A DNA stretch of 63,949 nt, counting the filler, from Intoshia linei (taxonomy: Eukaryota; Animalia; Orthonectida): NCBI GenBank assembly GCA_001642005.1. It is 14 parts of 14 records of this genome, joined end to end, with 100 filler letters (N's around TTAATTAATTAA, not from the genome) between each part and the next. Parts side by side here need not be neighbours in the genome. Positions count along the whole stretch, not along the records: positions 47,296 to 51,418 come from LWCA01001981.1; positions 51,519 to 56,411 come from LWCA01001853.1; positions 56,512 to 59,364 come from LWCA01002196.1; positions 59,465 to 62,118 come from LWCA01002287.1; 10 more parts are not named here. The stretch is one strand, 5' to 3'. Positions 47,196 through 61,500 of this stretch are shown here, in pieces. How positions within the stretch are numbered: the stretch's first letter is position 1; the number at the start of each line of letters is the position of its first letter. The position numbers were made by a program, and so were the translations under genes. The notes below the pieces were generated by a model. It searched no databases, had not been told where the DNA came from, and saw only the letters and a program-made list of their open reading frames with translations.

Positions 47196-49387
47196 NNNNN
47201 NNNNNNNNNNNNNNNNNNNNNNNNNNNNNNNNNNNNNNNTTAATTAATTAANNNNNNNNNNNNNNNNNNNNNNNNNNNNNNNNNNNNNNNNNNNNTTTTT
47301 TAGTCAACATTGGCGTAGTTATGATGCATTCCTTTTGAGAATGTATTTTAAAATATAGTATATTTTATTTTTTTATGTCATAATTTCTTAATAGAGCCTT
47401 AATATTTAATTTTCTATAATAGTTTTGTAATATCATGAAAATATAAGAATCAAACTAATTAAATTTATAAATAAATACATTAAAAACGCGTTTGTTGAAT
47501 GAATTATCTTCATGTTATCATTATTTCACTATATAAATACTTATTAATGCATAGTAACAGTATCCATAATCTATTCGCCAGAATGTTATCAATTATCAAT
47601 AACGTCATAAATGTCGAAAAATAAAAATGGGGGTATTAAGAGGTCATATAGTATAATATACAGTAAGGTGTGTCCTAAAACACTTTTTTAAACAATGCAA
47701 AAATAGCCAACGAGGAAAGATAAAACGTTTTATTGCGAATAAGATGATGTGCTTAAAATTGTCTAACTCTCAAAAAAACCATTGACTTTTTGCATTTAAA
47801 CTAATAAACTTTATAATGAACATGAACTTTATAAGGATTTATTGAGGATTTGAGGATAAAAATTTATAAAATAGTAATAAAAAAAATTAATCTAAAAATT
47901 TTTTGTAAAATATTATGCAATATATTTATTAAAGTCTCAAATCCCTATTCAGTATAGATCAATTTCAAACTTCAGTGTCCTAGAAATTTAATGAATAGCG
48001 TATAAACTTTAAAATTAAAAAAAAAAAATTTAATTTTTTATAAAATTGATTAATCTTATTTTCACTGCTAATTAGTTCTATTAACTAAATTCACAAAATT
48101 AGCCAAATACAAATAAAATATAAAAATTCTTGCGAACAAGATCACATATTTGAAATGTCATAATTGTTAGAAAAAAAACACCAAGAAACCTCTATCCTAT
48201 AAATTCTGTTTTTTATAAATTTTTAAGTAAAATAGTTTTATTGAAAAGGCTTTCTGATAAATTGTGATAACCATGGCATTATATATACCCATGGCATTAT
48301 AATGTTACATATACTATTTATACGCATGAATTTTATAAATTAAAATTATTATAAATTAATTAAATCTGTTAGTTTTAACATAATTTTATAAGTAAAAATT
48401 TTTTTTGATGCAGCCCCCGTAATAATTTTTTTTCACATTTGACCCGCAAAGCAAATTGAGTCTGACACCCCTGCTCAAGACTCTTTGTAAATGAAAAATG
48501 AGCCTTAGCAATTTCTCCTTGTGAGATTAACAACTGATAAAAAACAGCATAATGACGGGGAAAAATATAATATTTTCAACATATTAATCATAATTATAAT
48601 AATTTAAATAAATAAATTTTTTCGGGTACGGTAGTTTCTATTTGATATTTAGTGGTCACTTTTTAGAATTAAAATTCATTTAATTAATTAGTACGTTTTT
48701 GTTATATAGTCTAAAAAAGTGGTTACTTTTGGGATGTGGTCACCTATACGAAATGGTCACTCGTTCAAGGTGGTAACTTTTGAGTCTCTACCGTATTAAA
48801 TTTTAATACTGAAATATTTTATTATGGGCAATTCTTCATTAAAATAAATTAATTTGAAAAAAATGGTAAAATTTTTTTCAATTATAATTATAATTATTAG
48901 AGGATGCATTTGAAGTGGCGATTTAAAAAGTTAAACTTATTTAACTTAATTAAAGGTGGTTCTTTACCACATTGGGAATCATGACTTATACGTGTATTTT
49001 AGTGTAGATATGTATATGTTGCTAAAATTTTATGTTGTCAAAATGTGATATAATGACATTTTCAACGTTTGTTTACCCTTGTAAGAGCTATAATGGCCTC
49101 ATTATATTAACCTATACGTACGGTAGTAATGTGATGATAGTTATAGTGTCAATGGCACAATAATTTTCAAAGACTGACGGAATTTAGAAAATAATGTCAA
49201 AGCCTAACTAGAAGAATGATGTATAGTTAAGATTTAACTTAATTTTAGTTAAGTACAATACAAGTCTTGACGTAAAATTAATGTTGCATTTTAGTGTAGA
49301 CTAAAACATGTTTTATTTATTACATATACTGCAAAATCGAATTAAAATATGTTTTTAAATACAAAACATTTCAATTAACTAATTTAC

Positions 49388-49714
49388 CTTGATAATACAA
49401 AGCAGTTTCATTATTACATTGATACAATCCATATTTGTAATCATTTAAAACTTGAGAATTTTCAGTTTCATTTAAGATAATTTTATTTTTTTGAATATTT
49501 TCGTTGGGCAATGTAGTATTTTGAATAAATTCTTTCATCATACTTAGACTATCAACACAATGTGCTATTAACTCATTTTCATCGAAAAAATGAAATATTT
49601 CTAAAATATGAGTTTTTAAATGTAGTTTCATGTATTCGAAATTTGTTTACTTGGATCAACCAGTCCCAATACAAAAAAATAAAAGAATAATACAAATTTC
49701 GTAGAAATAATCAT
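49388..49714 (-). CDS. Putative secreted or membrane protein: signal-peptide exon (49651-49714) plus Ig-like exon (49388-49600)
   Basis: MIISTKFVLFFYFFVLGLVDP | 50-nt intron | phase 1-1 exon with LIAHCVD...YKYGLYQCNN. Later exons unresolved. Confidence 0.5.
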
Positions 49715-51518
49715 TTTATAACATTTAAATTGTTTGTGTTATGTAAATATTGGATTTATAAACAATTTATATTTTAAAAATTAATACATGTTCTGTTTTG
49801 ATAGTTCTACATGTTTTAGTTTTGATTTATACCAATTTAAACAGCAATAATAATGATCTTCAAAATAAACCTTAAGATATAAGTTTATCCAAGTTCTTTA
49901 GTTTAAAATATTTTTCGATGGTAGAATTTGAATTGTGTACATTGTACACCTCGTACACTGTAAAGCAGTGTTTCCCAACCTTTTAAGTGTCATTCCCCAC
50001 TTTCATTCTTACGAAATTTCTACGCCCCACCATAATTTATACAAATATTTCCATGTGGTGTCCTAACAGATTTTTTTATGTTTATATATTACTGCGCAAC
50101 AAACTGGGGTAAAATTAAAATTTAATATACAGTAGAGTCTACTGAGTCAACGCTATTCATAACAAATCATTATAGTACAATCCGTTGAAAAATGATGTTC
50201 AATTGTAACATTTTCTATAGTAATTGCATAGAAAATCACTTCATCCTTGTACAACAATTAAATCATCCTATAAGTCAGGCATTCTTAAATATTTTTCGCT
50301 CTAGAATTTCAAAAAGTTTATAGGTGGTACAGTTGTATCCATTTAACACATAAAAAAAATTTCAATCCGAATAAGTAATGACTTCACGGTCAAAAACACA
50401 TTTTAGTATTTACATATTTTTTTGAATTATATTTTTACATTTATTTTTACATATATTTTATATATTTTTTTTATGAAATAAAAGAATTAACAATAAATAG
50501 AAATTTGAATTTTTCGAAATAAACAAAGTAAAACTTACAAACTTTTTTAATAATAAATACATAAATTAAATTAAAGTACATTAAATGTATCAAAATATTA
50601 TTAAAATTTTATTCATTGGCCTTAATTTTACCCACTAAAATAATTTTAATGTAAATTCAAATTTAAATTATTTTCATAAAAATAAGGTATTATTTTTTTT
50701 TATTTATTACAGACTGAATAAAAAGTGTTAAATGTTGATAATAATTTAAACCCATAAAATTTTGAAATTTGAAAATTCATTACTGTTTAACATGTTATTA
50801 TATTTTAATTGATATCATCTTGTTTAAAAAATAAATATGGTAACATTCGCATGTATCTAATTTTAAATAAAAATTTACAAACTAATAGTAATATTTATTA
50901 TATCGTAAGAAATTGCAGTTCCAATCGTCGACTCAAAGAAGGGAACATTCCTGAAGGTTCACTTATATCAGTGGTTCCCGATTGGGGTCCCGGACCCGTG
51001 TAGGTCCAAAATTATATGCTTTGGGGTCCGTGATATTAAAATGTTAAACATATAAAATATAATTTTTTTAAGTATGTATCATCTATTATATTATCAGCTG
51101 AATTGATTATATGTGTTAGTATAGGAGAATTACATGTATGTCATCAATTCTAGTCATGTAAGCTTCGTTATTTTCGATTTACCAATACCGGGTTGTTATT
51201 AAAAAATTAACGCGTCCGTAAATTTTATTATTCAAGAGTCAAGCGCTATGATCAGTATCCAATGAAAACTTAAAATATTCGAATAATCAAAACCCTTAGT
51301 ATTCATATTTTGCATGTTTCAATTAAAAATGTGTCTCTATATCAGTGGTTCTCAACCCGTGTTTCGCGGAACCCAGGGGTTCCGTGAAATATAAATGCTA
51401 TATTTTTCAATTTAAAGTNNNNNNNNNNNNNNNNNNNNNNNNNNNNNNNNNNNNNNNNNNNNTTAATTAATTAANNNNNNNNNNNNNNNNNNNNNNNNNN
51501 NNNNNNNNNNNNNNNNNN

Positions 51519-52602
51519 AAGTGTTTAGATCATCTTCCATAAAAAATAATATACTACAAAATTACATATCATAAATAAAAATAATTATTTACATAATTGA
51601 AAGGCCATGAGTTGAATTTATTGTTGGATACCCCGACGAGTATAGATGGAAAGGATCTGAAAGTATCGGATTTAGTAATAACTGCTTTAATTGATCTAAA
51701 CTTATCATTTATGTGGAATAATGGATTTTTAGATGTAGCTATAAAAATTTCTAATATTCTAAAACCGGTTAAGATTGGTGTCGAGGCATTGAGTAAGACC
51801 GACATGAACTTATTAAAAGCAGATGCTATCATTTAATTTATTTACAATGAATTAGAAAACGATTAATGGAGATTATTCGATACAATTACAGTTAAAGTTA
51901 AAAAGTGAAATAATGAAAAGGAGAAGCAAAGAACTGTTAACTTATTAAATTTCTACATGATTGCAATCATTTTAGACTGAAAACAACCTGCAATGATCTC
52001 CCTATGTGTACAACAAGTGAAACATTAATATTTTGTAGATCGATTATTTAAAGAAGATATCATTTATTCAGATGAAGAGATATGTGATGTAAAAGAAATA
52101 GATATATTGGAAAGATCTATTTCTGATAGTATGAAGTCAAATAATATCTTATCAAATTCTCACAATTTATATGATAAATTCGATCGATATGAAAGAACTG
52201 GAAAGCTATCATCAAGATTGTTAAAATTAAAGGAAGCCCTTATGACGGTTCAACCTACGTCAACACAAAATGAAAGAAGTTTCTCTACTGCTTCTAATTT
52301 CGTTATAAAACGTAGAACGCGTTTAAATGACGAATCTATCAATATTATGTGTATTTTGAAACACTTTTTCAACAGTCTAAAATAAATAAATTTTTTCCTA
52401 ATTAAATTTGTAAATTTCAATATAGATTCGTGTTATTTAATTAAATTTCTTTTTGTTTCTAAAATTAATTAAGGTCTCTAAATTTTTTAATGCTTCTATA
52501 TTATAATATATATGAATAAAAAAAATTTTTTTTCCCGGGAAATCTAATTTTTAATTTCCCGGTTCTCGATTTTTGTCATTTTCCGGAAAATCACAATCAC
52601 TA
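51519..52602 (+). mobile_element. hAT transposase 3' half (pseudogene) with right TIR
   Basis: ILKPVKIGVEALSKTDMNLLKAD and ALMTVQPTSTQNERSFSTASNFVIKRRTRLNDESINIMCILKHFF. Ends CACAATCACTA. Confidence 0.88.
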
Positions 52603-53035
52603 ATTGCAAGTCGCAACTACTTTAATAATAGAGTGGTCTCTATCAAGATTGTCAAATTCCAAAAAGTTACCACTTATAAAAAATATAGTTTTTATAAATA
52701 CAAGCATGATAATGAAATGACATTAAAATTGAGTAATTGAATATTATCAATTCTTGAAGGTAGATAAATTCGATAAAAAAGGCACCTAAATTATGACATT
52801 TCTTAATATTATCTGACATAATGAAATAATTTGGGAATGACGATTCCCAGGAATCTGTAGTAACGCCCAGCTTCGGTATAGCTATTTATTGTTTGTACCA
52901 AGTACATACCAAACAAGCTAGTGGATTAGTGGACGATATGATTGCCCAGTAATCATGGTACATACTGTTAGCCCTGATTATGTAGTCAATTGATGAAATT
53001 TGATGTATTGATTATAAAGTTTAAAATAAATTTAG

Positions 53036-55775
53036 GCAATTCAAGCCCATAGATATACAAATTGTTTGACTGATGTTATTGAAGATGCAGAGGTAATTGT
53101 TAATCGTTAATTTTTGATTATAAATTTAATTTGATGGTTTATTTATAGAAATACATTGACGACGAAAAAAATGGTATATTTGAAGGTGTTCCAGTAAGTT
53201 TCAAAGACGGAATAAATGTTGAGGTGTTTTCATATATTTATTGAAAAAAATGCGCACTGTGGTTTGCGCATCATAAATATACAAATCTAGTCACAATTAT
53301 TAAAATACGGATTATTGTCTTTAATGATCAAAGTTCTTAACAATTAACATATTCATTACATATTTTACTTTGCAAATTTTACGGAAAATTTTATTTGTTT
53401 ATATTTGCGTATGCTACAGTTGATCATAATTTTTTTATATTATTTTAATTAGGGATGTTATCGAACCTTGGGTTGCACACTTTTTGCTAAACGTGTGTGC
53501 AAAGAAAATGATCCAATTGTTAACGTATGATTTTTTATTTTAAACATTCTACTATATATATTAGTGTTTCTCAACCTTTTTTACTTCATGGCGCATCTGA
53601 TACTATAAATAAAAATTTGGGCGAATCTTAAATTTTTATAAGAAAAAACATCAATATTCGAAAATTTTCATAGATTAAAAACGATAAAAATATAAAATAG
53701 TCATAAAATAGTAATAAAACAATATTATTTTTAATAACAACTAACTTGAAAAGAACATTTGATGTATGATTGCATGTTAATATGTTTGGTATTATTCTTT
53801 TAGCACCTGAACTCTAATACGGCTCACCGCTTAAGAATTACTGAACTAGATGAGCGTTTAATTTACATACAAAAAAATTTGTAATCTTTTAAGGAATATT
53901 TTATTACTTAAATACGTGACCTTGTAATCGTTTTAAATTTTATTTTAAAAAGGTATATATACATTTTTATTTATTGAAATTAAATTAGATTAATTATGGT
54001 TATATCAGTTTTTCCTAACAGTGGGGATAGCCTCCTGGGTGCCTGACGATATTTTTCGTGGGGCCTGGGAAATTTCACGAATGTGTTGGAATGATGAAAA
54101 CTTTTAATTAAAACATTAATTTAATGTTCATTTTGTATAATACTAGTTTAACTGTTATGATAGTTTCTGGGGTTGAGATTTTGGACAATAGTAATGACAT
54201 TAAAACGCGCCCAAATGTTATATTTAAAATTTTATAACTAATTTTGTTATTGATTTAAAATAGGTTATGATCATGGAAGGAGCTGTTCCATTTGTAAAGA
54301 CGAATATGGCACAATTGGGATTCAGGTAATAAATACCCTTCACTTTATATATTATATAAGTATTTCTTACTACTTTGTACGTTTTCTACTACGCCTAGCT
54401 AGTAGATACTTCTGCTGATGGCGAACTTTTGTAGATATTCCAAATGTGAAAATTCATTGATGTATAATGTAATGTGTAATTTTCACGCACGTTTAGATAA
54501 AAATATAAATTACCAAAATTTAAAAAAAATAATGAAATTTACTAACATTTTAGTGAAAACTTTAACTAAACCTTGAAAACCCCATTCTGTCAACCTAGTA
54601 CATGTATATATAATTTTGAAAGTACATATAGGTTTTATGTGAGTTATTATTGTTTATGTTGATTGGTGAGACATTGTCCATACATGACAAGTATTTATTA
54701 ATATCGTTAGTAGAGTATATAATTATATTATATACTTTATTATATAATAAAATTTAGATACATCTGTATTTCTCAAGGGGGATTAATTTATTTGTCAGTA
54801 TTTAATTAAAATACTGACATTTTTTAATAAAAAATGTTCGGTATTTTCAACATAAAATTGTCAGTATACACATTAAAATATCAGTAATAAAACGTATTTT
54901 GTCAGTATTCAATTACATATTTGTCAGTTTTTAATTGCTTTGATGTCAGTAAATATATTAACTAGATCAGTATTCATCGAAAATTGTAAGTAACTCAACA
55001 AAAAAGTATATAGAAATAAACACATTTTATAAAATAATATTTTGTCAGTAAAAAAATTGAATTGTAAGTTTGATGATTTTGGAGTGTCCGTATAAAAATT
55101 AAAAATCTAGTTTTTGAAAATTGAATGTAACTATGTCAATCCCTTTAATCTTTTTTATATCTCTCTCTTGTCTTTATTATTATCCTTGTGAGGTTAATAA
55201 TTAGGTTAATCTTATGAAATACTTTATATAATAATATCATTTACTAAAGACCCAAGTTAAAACTGAAATATTAACCTACAAACCAAATTACAAAAAAATT
55301 AGAAATATTATATGGTGTTCACACCAGAGAATATTATTTATGAGAACAAATTGTTAATTGTTAATTAATTTTGTCAGTATTTTTCTTTAATTATTTTTCA
55401 GTATTTTAGGTGCCTTTACTGACAAAATATTTTTTTTACTGCCCTTCCAATTTAAATACTGACAATCAATTATTTATACTGACACCTTATCAATTGGCAC
55501 GTAAAATACTGAAAAACTATCTACAATACTGAAAAATCAATGTTTCTACTGACAAACCATCACCAATACTGACAAATCAATAAAAAAATACTGACACAAT
55601 AAATGCATGCCTATTTCAACTTTGCATTAAGTTCATTATTTTAGTTTTTCATGCTCAAATCCCATTTATGGTGAAACATTTAATCCGATTGGAATTCCAA
55701 AAGGTATACAATATACTCCTGGTGGATCTAGCGGTGGAGAGGCAGCTCTAATTCGATTTGGAGGATCTATTTTAG
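53036..55775 (+). CDS. Amidase-signature enzyme, FAAH1-like, partial (exons 53036-53092, 53149-53223, 53453-53524, 54264-54325, 55645-55775)
   Basis: [17 protein letters not shown] (catalytic Lys), [28 protein letters not shown] and [13 protein letters not shown]. Phases are compatible. Confidence 0.92.
54780..55605. repeat. Inverted array of TGTCAGTA / TACTGACA motifs (foldback-like element) in an amidase intron
   Basis: Many (G)TCAGTA copies from 54790 to 55405, then TACTGA(C/A)A copies from 55417 to 55596. The interior 55243-55325 matches the reverse complement of 32628-32733. Confidence 0.6.
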
Positions 55776-56992
55776 GTTTTTATATTAACCCATTGATATT
55801 TTTTGTTTAAATACATTCAAATTTACAACTCTTAAAATTTAAATTGTCTAAATGTATTCAAAAATGGAACTACGAATATTTTATTTGTCAAAATACATTC
55901 AATTAGGAGCAGTATAAATATTGATTATGAACGGATTGTTTGCTTAAAAAATTAAATTAGAGATGCCGTTTTAATTGTACAATGTAACATTGTACATTAG
56001 GGTTGATACAATTTCAATATTTCCGAATTTCTTATGGGCCATTAGCCAGAAAGTTTCGTTTTGTTAAGTTCACTTAAAATATAAATTAAAAAATAAATTA
56101 AATTAAAATAAATTTTAACAAAATTTGAAAACTCTACGAGGGTGCTGAAGGATACTGAATTTTAGTATACGATTTGTATACATAACTATGTATGAGTAGG
56201 ATATACCGAGGTTTTATCTTAGTTTGACCATATTTAAAATAACATTGATTACGGAGACGTTCAGTTTGGCGAAGACTATTGTTTTTAAATAATTACCAAA
56301 GGTTTGTAGGTGTGCCTAATTAAAAAAAATCCAATATTTTTAATATTTCGTAAATGTATAGCATGCAAAAAGCTAATATTGTTTCACTTTTCGAATTGAT
56401 CAGAGCCCGAANNNNNNNNNNNNNNNNNNNNNNNNNNNNNNNNNNNNNNNNNNNNTTAATTAATTAANNNNNNNNNNNNNNNNNNNNNNNNNNNNNNNNN
56501 NNNNNNNNNNNTTAGATTAACAATTGTTCATGACAAAACTACTAAAAATCTAAGAAAATTAAAATAAAAAGGTTAAAATAAATAAATTATGTTTTAAAAT
56601 AGAGTCAACATGTTTATTTTTATAAAAGTTTAAATATTATTTTGAAAAATTAATTAGAGCGCCTGCAAGTTCATTAGTGTATAAAAATAATTTTTTTCAA
56701 CGAATTAACACTTTAAATGTATATAAGCATCTAATTATTCCTGAGCGGCATTGCATTTAAGATACCGTTGACACCCTAGTGGACGCTCAAAAAATTCTAC
56801 ATACAATATAAATTCAAAATACAAAATAGATTTTCAATTTGACTTTGCTACGTCTAGATAGACGCCATGGATTTTTGAAATAAGAGATTTCAAGAGCAAA
56901 TTTTACAACTAAACTTGGTGATACATTTTTCATATTTGAATAAACTTTATCACTATTTAATCAATCGATACTATTATTTTATAAAATATCAG

Positions 56993-58637
56993 ATGGTAGG
57001 ATTTGCGACATGTGGGCCAAACAAAGTGATTGTAGTGTCTGGTATAAAATTTGATAATAAAAATTTAATAGTTCAGGAACCCTTTCCGGTAAGCCAAAAA
57101 TTATAATTGGAGGAAGAATTTTTGTTTTTCCGTTTCAAAAGAAGCAAACGTAATGTTTTATAATAATTATTATATATGTATACTATGTAACTATGTTTAG
57201 GTTATCATTGAATACAATGACACTTTCGATTTTAAGCCAGAATGTGTACACTAAACAAGGTGTAGCTATAACAGTTTTGGGTATTGCTCAGGTTTTTCAT
57301 TTTATTTGCATGGAATATATTCAAATCTGTATTGAAACATTAGAAATATCAATTTTATTTTTAATATTATACATTAACTAGGTTGACTGTTATGTACTAT
57401 GTACAAACAACACATAGCTGTGCCGAGGGAACATTTTTATTCTACCATAAAAATAAATGCACGTTGAAAATCTAACTTAAAAATCCTACTATTCACTATT
57501 ATCAATCCTTTAAATTGAAAATCTAACTTAAAAATCCTACTATTCACTATTATCAATTCTTTAAAGGATATTCCCAAACTTGTTTTACCGCGGACCGGTT
57601 ATTTTTCATTATTTTTTAATTTAAAGTGAATTATTCCCACTTAATTTCATTTTCTTAACATTAGTGTAAAAAATCTTAAAAATCATTTTGTGATGCCATT
57701 TTTTTAAATTTATTCGAGACAATATATGAAATAGTGTACCTGCTAGACTAAATAGGTTTCTAACCTTGGCATACATTGTATTTTATAGGTAAAAATTGTC
57801 AGTTCCGACTATGATATTCTTATAACGGCTTGCACTCACTTTATCGGAAAATCAACAGTGGAAATTGAAAATATAGCCAAAGAAACTTTGGAAGGTCATC
57901 AAAGATCTATAATTGGCAATATGTCTGTAGAAGAAATTTACCAGGATCGTAAAAAATTCGCTAATGCTGTTTTTGATGTAATTAAACTAAACTTTACAAA
58001 GCTTGATAATTTTTTATTTACAATTTAAATAATTTGAAGAATTGTATTTTAAAGTAGAATTTCGTATCGCAAAATAGTTATATTTTGCATATAATGATTT
58101 TTTTTAAATTCAATTAACAATACGTTTATGATGTCAATTTCAGAGATAAACATATGGGGCCTTGAATCCACTTATTACTGTCATTTCATATACGGTTATG
58201 GTAAGTTTTAATTATTATTAACATTAAACAAAAGTTAAGCGATTCCTAAAATTAATTTAAATTTTAAAATAATAAACTGTTTTATATTAAAAATATACAA
58301 TTATTTTTGACCAAATTTTTCGTAGATCCAGTTTAAAAAGCGTTTCGATTATATTTTAGGTCACATTTGTCAGGCCAGGGCAGCCATCCCTTGGAGTGCA
58401 CCCTACCTAAATCTACTACTAGATTAAATGTACATTATTAAATTTATCTGTATTTATATTTTTTAGGTAGCATCAACAGATTTAATAAATATGGGAATGT
58501 CTATAGTGAGTTATACATTAACTGATATAAGAGATGAAAATGGATATTTACAGGCTCTCGGAAAATCACGAACTGCGCAAGTTCAACGAGACGCCATAAT
58601 TGGTGAAGCAGATGCAAAATGTAATGTAAATATCAAG
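56993..58637 (+). CDS. FLOT1: Flotillin-1, 5' part (exons 56993-57041, 57077-57149, 57201-57291, 57789-57977, 58467-58637)
   Basis: [17 protein letters not shown]...GGRIFVFP...LSLNTMTL...[19 protein letters not shown]...[10 protein letters not shown]...[11 protein letters not shown]...[43 protein letters not shown]. Confidence 0.95.
57378..57600 (-). mobile_element. Helitron-family 3' end in a FLOT1 intron
   Basis: Reverse complement of 60030-60174, with an internal ~50-bp tandem duplication. Confidence 0.75.
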
Positions 58638-60029
58638 GTGAGTTTAATTATCTTATCTAACTTATCCAGATTATATTGTATTTTACGGAAATATGTAATT
58701 AATGTATTGTAGTGAGATTTAATCAGTTATTTATGAAAACATGGTTATATGTTTGTCAAGATTACTGAATACAATTGTAGCAAAGCGTTGATTAAGATTT
58801 ATGTATCTGATTAATAATTACAGCGGAAACGATTTATTATAGAAAGTTACGGAATTTCTTATTTATATTAAAGGGTTTCCTTGAGACTTTTGTATCCTAA
58901 TTTTATGTATATTGGTGTATTAGTAGGGTGGTCTAAAAACAAATAAAATATTGAAATTAGTAATATATTTTTTTAATATTTTAGAGGAAATAGACAAAAC
59001 TATTAGAATTTTTGTTTTTTTAAAATTCAGGGACTATTAATTTTATATTTTTTTAATTCTTTACTAGTCGCGCATTTTCAAAACGTAAACAGTCGCAAGA
59101 GGACAAAAATGGCCGTTTTTAATGAATGAAAAAGTGACACGATGTAATAAACAAATTTACACATCATAAAATATTTAATTACAATGATAGTAATAAATAT
59201 GACGCTGATTGATATATTTAGTTTTATAAATCTTTGTTTTTACAGCAATCTGAACATACAATATTTGAATGATTTTTGCAAACGTAGACCGCGCAAATTT
59301 TGCACAAATTATTAGTTTTTTTGAACTCATTGGTCACACAAAAATAACATTTTCGTCTTTTTACNNNNNNNNNNNNNNNNNNNNNNNNNNNNNNNNNNNN
59401 NNNNNNNNTTAATTAATTAANNNNNNNNNNNNNNNNNNNNNNNNNNNNNNNNNNNNNNNNNNNNTGTTCTAAATTACATTTCGAACGCTCAGTAAAATAT
59501 ACTTTTGTTAATTCAACGTAAAGTTTAAAAAGTGGACACCTTAATGTGTAAGTAAGGATATAACAAGTAATCGCAGAATAATTTACCTGAAAAAATTCAT
59601 CCTGTCATAAAAAAATATTGTATTATTTAAAAACCACGAACGAATCCCACACCAATAGTTCAACCTTACTTATCAGAAAATAAAACTAACATAGAACTCA
59701 TTATTCAAAACTTTAATTGAAAAAATTATTTTTAGTGGAAATGGATTTATTTTCAAATATAGGCATGACATAACTTTCAAAAACAATTTTATTGACGTAG
59801 TATACCAAAAATACGATAATTTGTTTGATAAGGTTAATTATAATTATAATTTTCAAATTATTACAGGTTAAAAACAAAATTTAGAATGAAAGAACATTGC
59901 CTTTAATGAATCATGAATTGAAGAAAGTGTATACATATGACATTAAACATATTACCAAACAAATTACATTCAAATTGGTATAAAATTTTCCTATAATTTT
60001 AATAAATATTTTAAAATATTAGAATATTA

Positions 60030-60174
60030 AACACTCCTTTAAAGAATTAATAATAGTGAATAGTAGGATTTTTAAATTAGATTTTCAACGTGAATTTATT
60101 TTTTTGGTAGAATAAAAATGTGTCCTCGGCAGAGCTTGGTGCTGTTTGTACGTAGTACATAACAGTCAACCTAG
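60030..60174 (+). mobile_element. Helitron-family 3' end
   Basis: Hairpin CTGTTTGTAC-GTA-GTACATAACAG (60142-60165), then CTAG (60171-60174) followed by T. Confidence 0.78.
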
Positions 60175-61310
60175 TAATAATTATATAATTGTTGCTATAT
60201 AAATATTGTGATTTATATTGTTATTGCCGATAATTTGAACAAATATTTTTGTCAAAATATCGAGAATAATATGTATTTTTTACAGATTAACAATGTTGTA
60301 AAGTTGAATAATGATATTTTACTTTAGTTAAAAAGATTACCACTGTTATTTCTACAATACTTTTTATTATCAATCATAATATTTGTTAATTATATAATAA
60401 GAAATATTCGAAATTTCATTGGAGATGTCGGTAAAATTGATTTTAGAATTCAGGGTACGATTTTTAATATATACGAAATTAAAATTTAATTTAAACAAAT
60501 TTTTAGGTAGACATTATTTAAATTTCACTGTTCACAATGCAGACAATGCATTTGGCAATATATTAAAGACTATATTGGACCGAATCAATTTTAATGAAAA
60601 CATTGATTCTTTTGAAACAAACACTTGTAATTATAAACTAAAAATATATATTATGTATTATGTACCCAGGTTTCTTGGACGGGTCACGACACTAACTGGG
60701 TAAAACATGACATTTTAGAGAAATAAATATATAGCTACGTATCTGTGTGCGATGCAGGCATATATGAATGGCTAATTTTTGAAGACTGGATCACCCAGAG
60801 AAAGATATGAATCCTGATATATAATGCACTTTATGAGTATTTAAATTTAAAATTAAAATTCTAGCATGCTTACCGTCACACAATAAATGGATAATACAGC
60901 GATACATTTATCTAATATATTTTTTAATAAGTATCAATTGCTTATTATGTTGTTTATCTAAATATGCAGACTTTTTTGAAATTTATTTATTAAATAATAC
61001 CATTTATAAAAAAGTATATTTTATTAATAAAAAATTTACGACATTTAAAATTAATTATTTTGACATAAAATGTAATTTTCAATTTTAGAGGCACATTATA
61101 CGCACAAAATATCTACATTATAGAATTTTGGTTGGTCGAATTATATGGATAAACTCAAAGTTTTCAAAAATCAAAAAGGATAAAGTAATTTTACTAACTT
61201 TAATATATATTCGTATTTGATGATATAATTTTAATTGGACCAGATATTTTATTGTTTTTCTCGTTGTGAATGTGAGATTGAAAAATATCATTATACAAAG
61301 TATATAATAA

Positions 61311-61500
61311 TCCTTGCTTATATAATATGCTACGCGATTTTTGTTTGTGTGTGTTACCGTTTATTTCAATAACTATCAGTCTTATAATTTTATAATGTCC
61401 ACATTTGAATTACAGTTTTTTGGGGTGTTTGAAAGCTAATTTTCAACCCACCAAACTCACATCTTACAGGTCAAAAAGCCCCATTTTTGAAAATCATAAA
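61311..61500 (+). mobile_element. Helitron-family 5' end
   Basis: A|TCCTTGCTTATATAATATGCTACGC, homologous to 46006. Confidence 0.72.

Noticed and set aside
49280-49330. Possible stop-codon reassignment (TAA inside apparent exons)
   Set aside because: aPKC, the DOK-like gene and FAM166 end at TAA and the receptor at TGA, and their conserved exons have no internal stops. The standard code fits.
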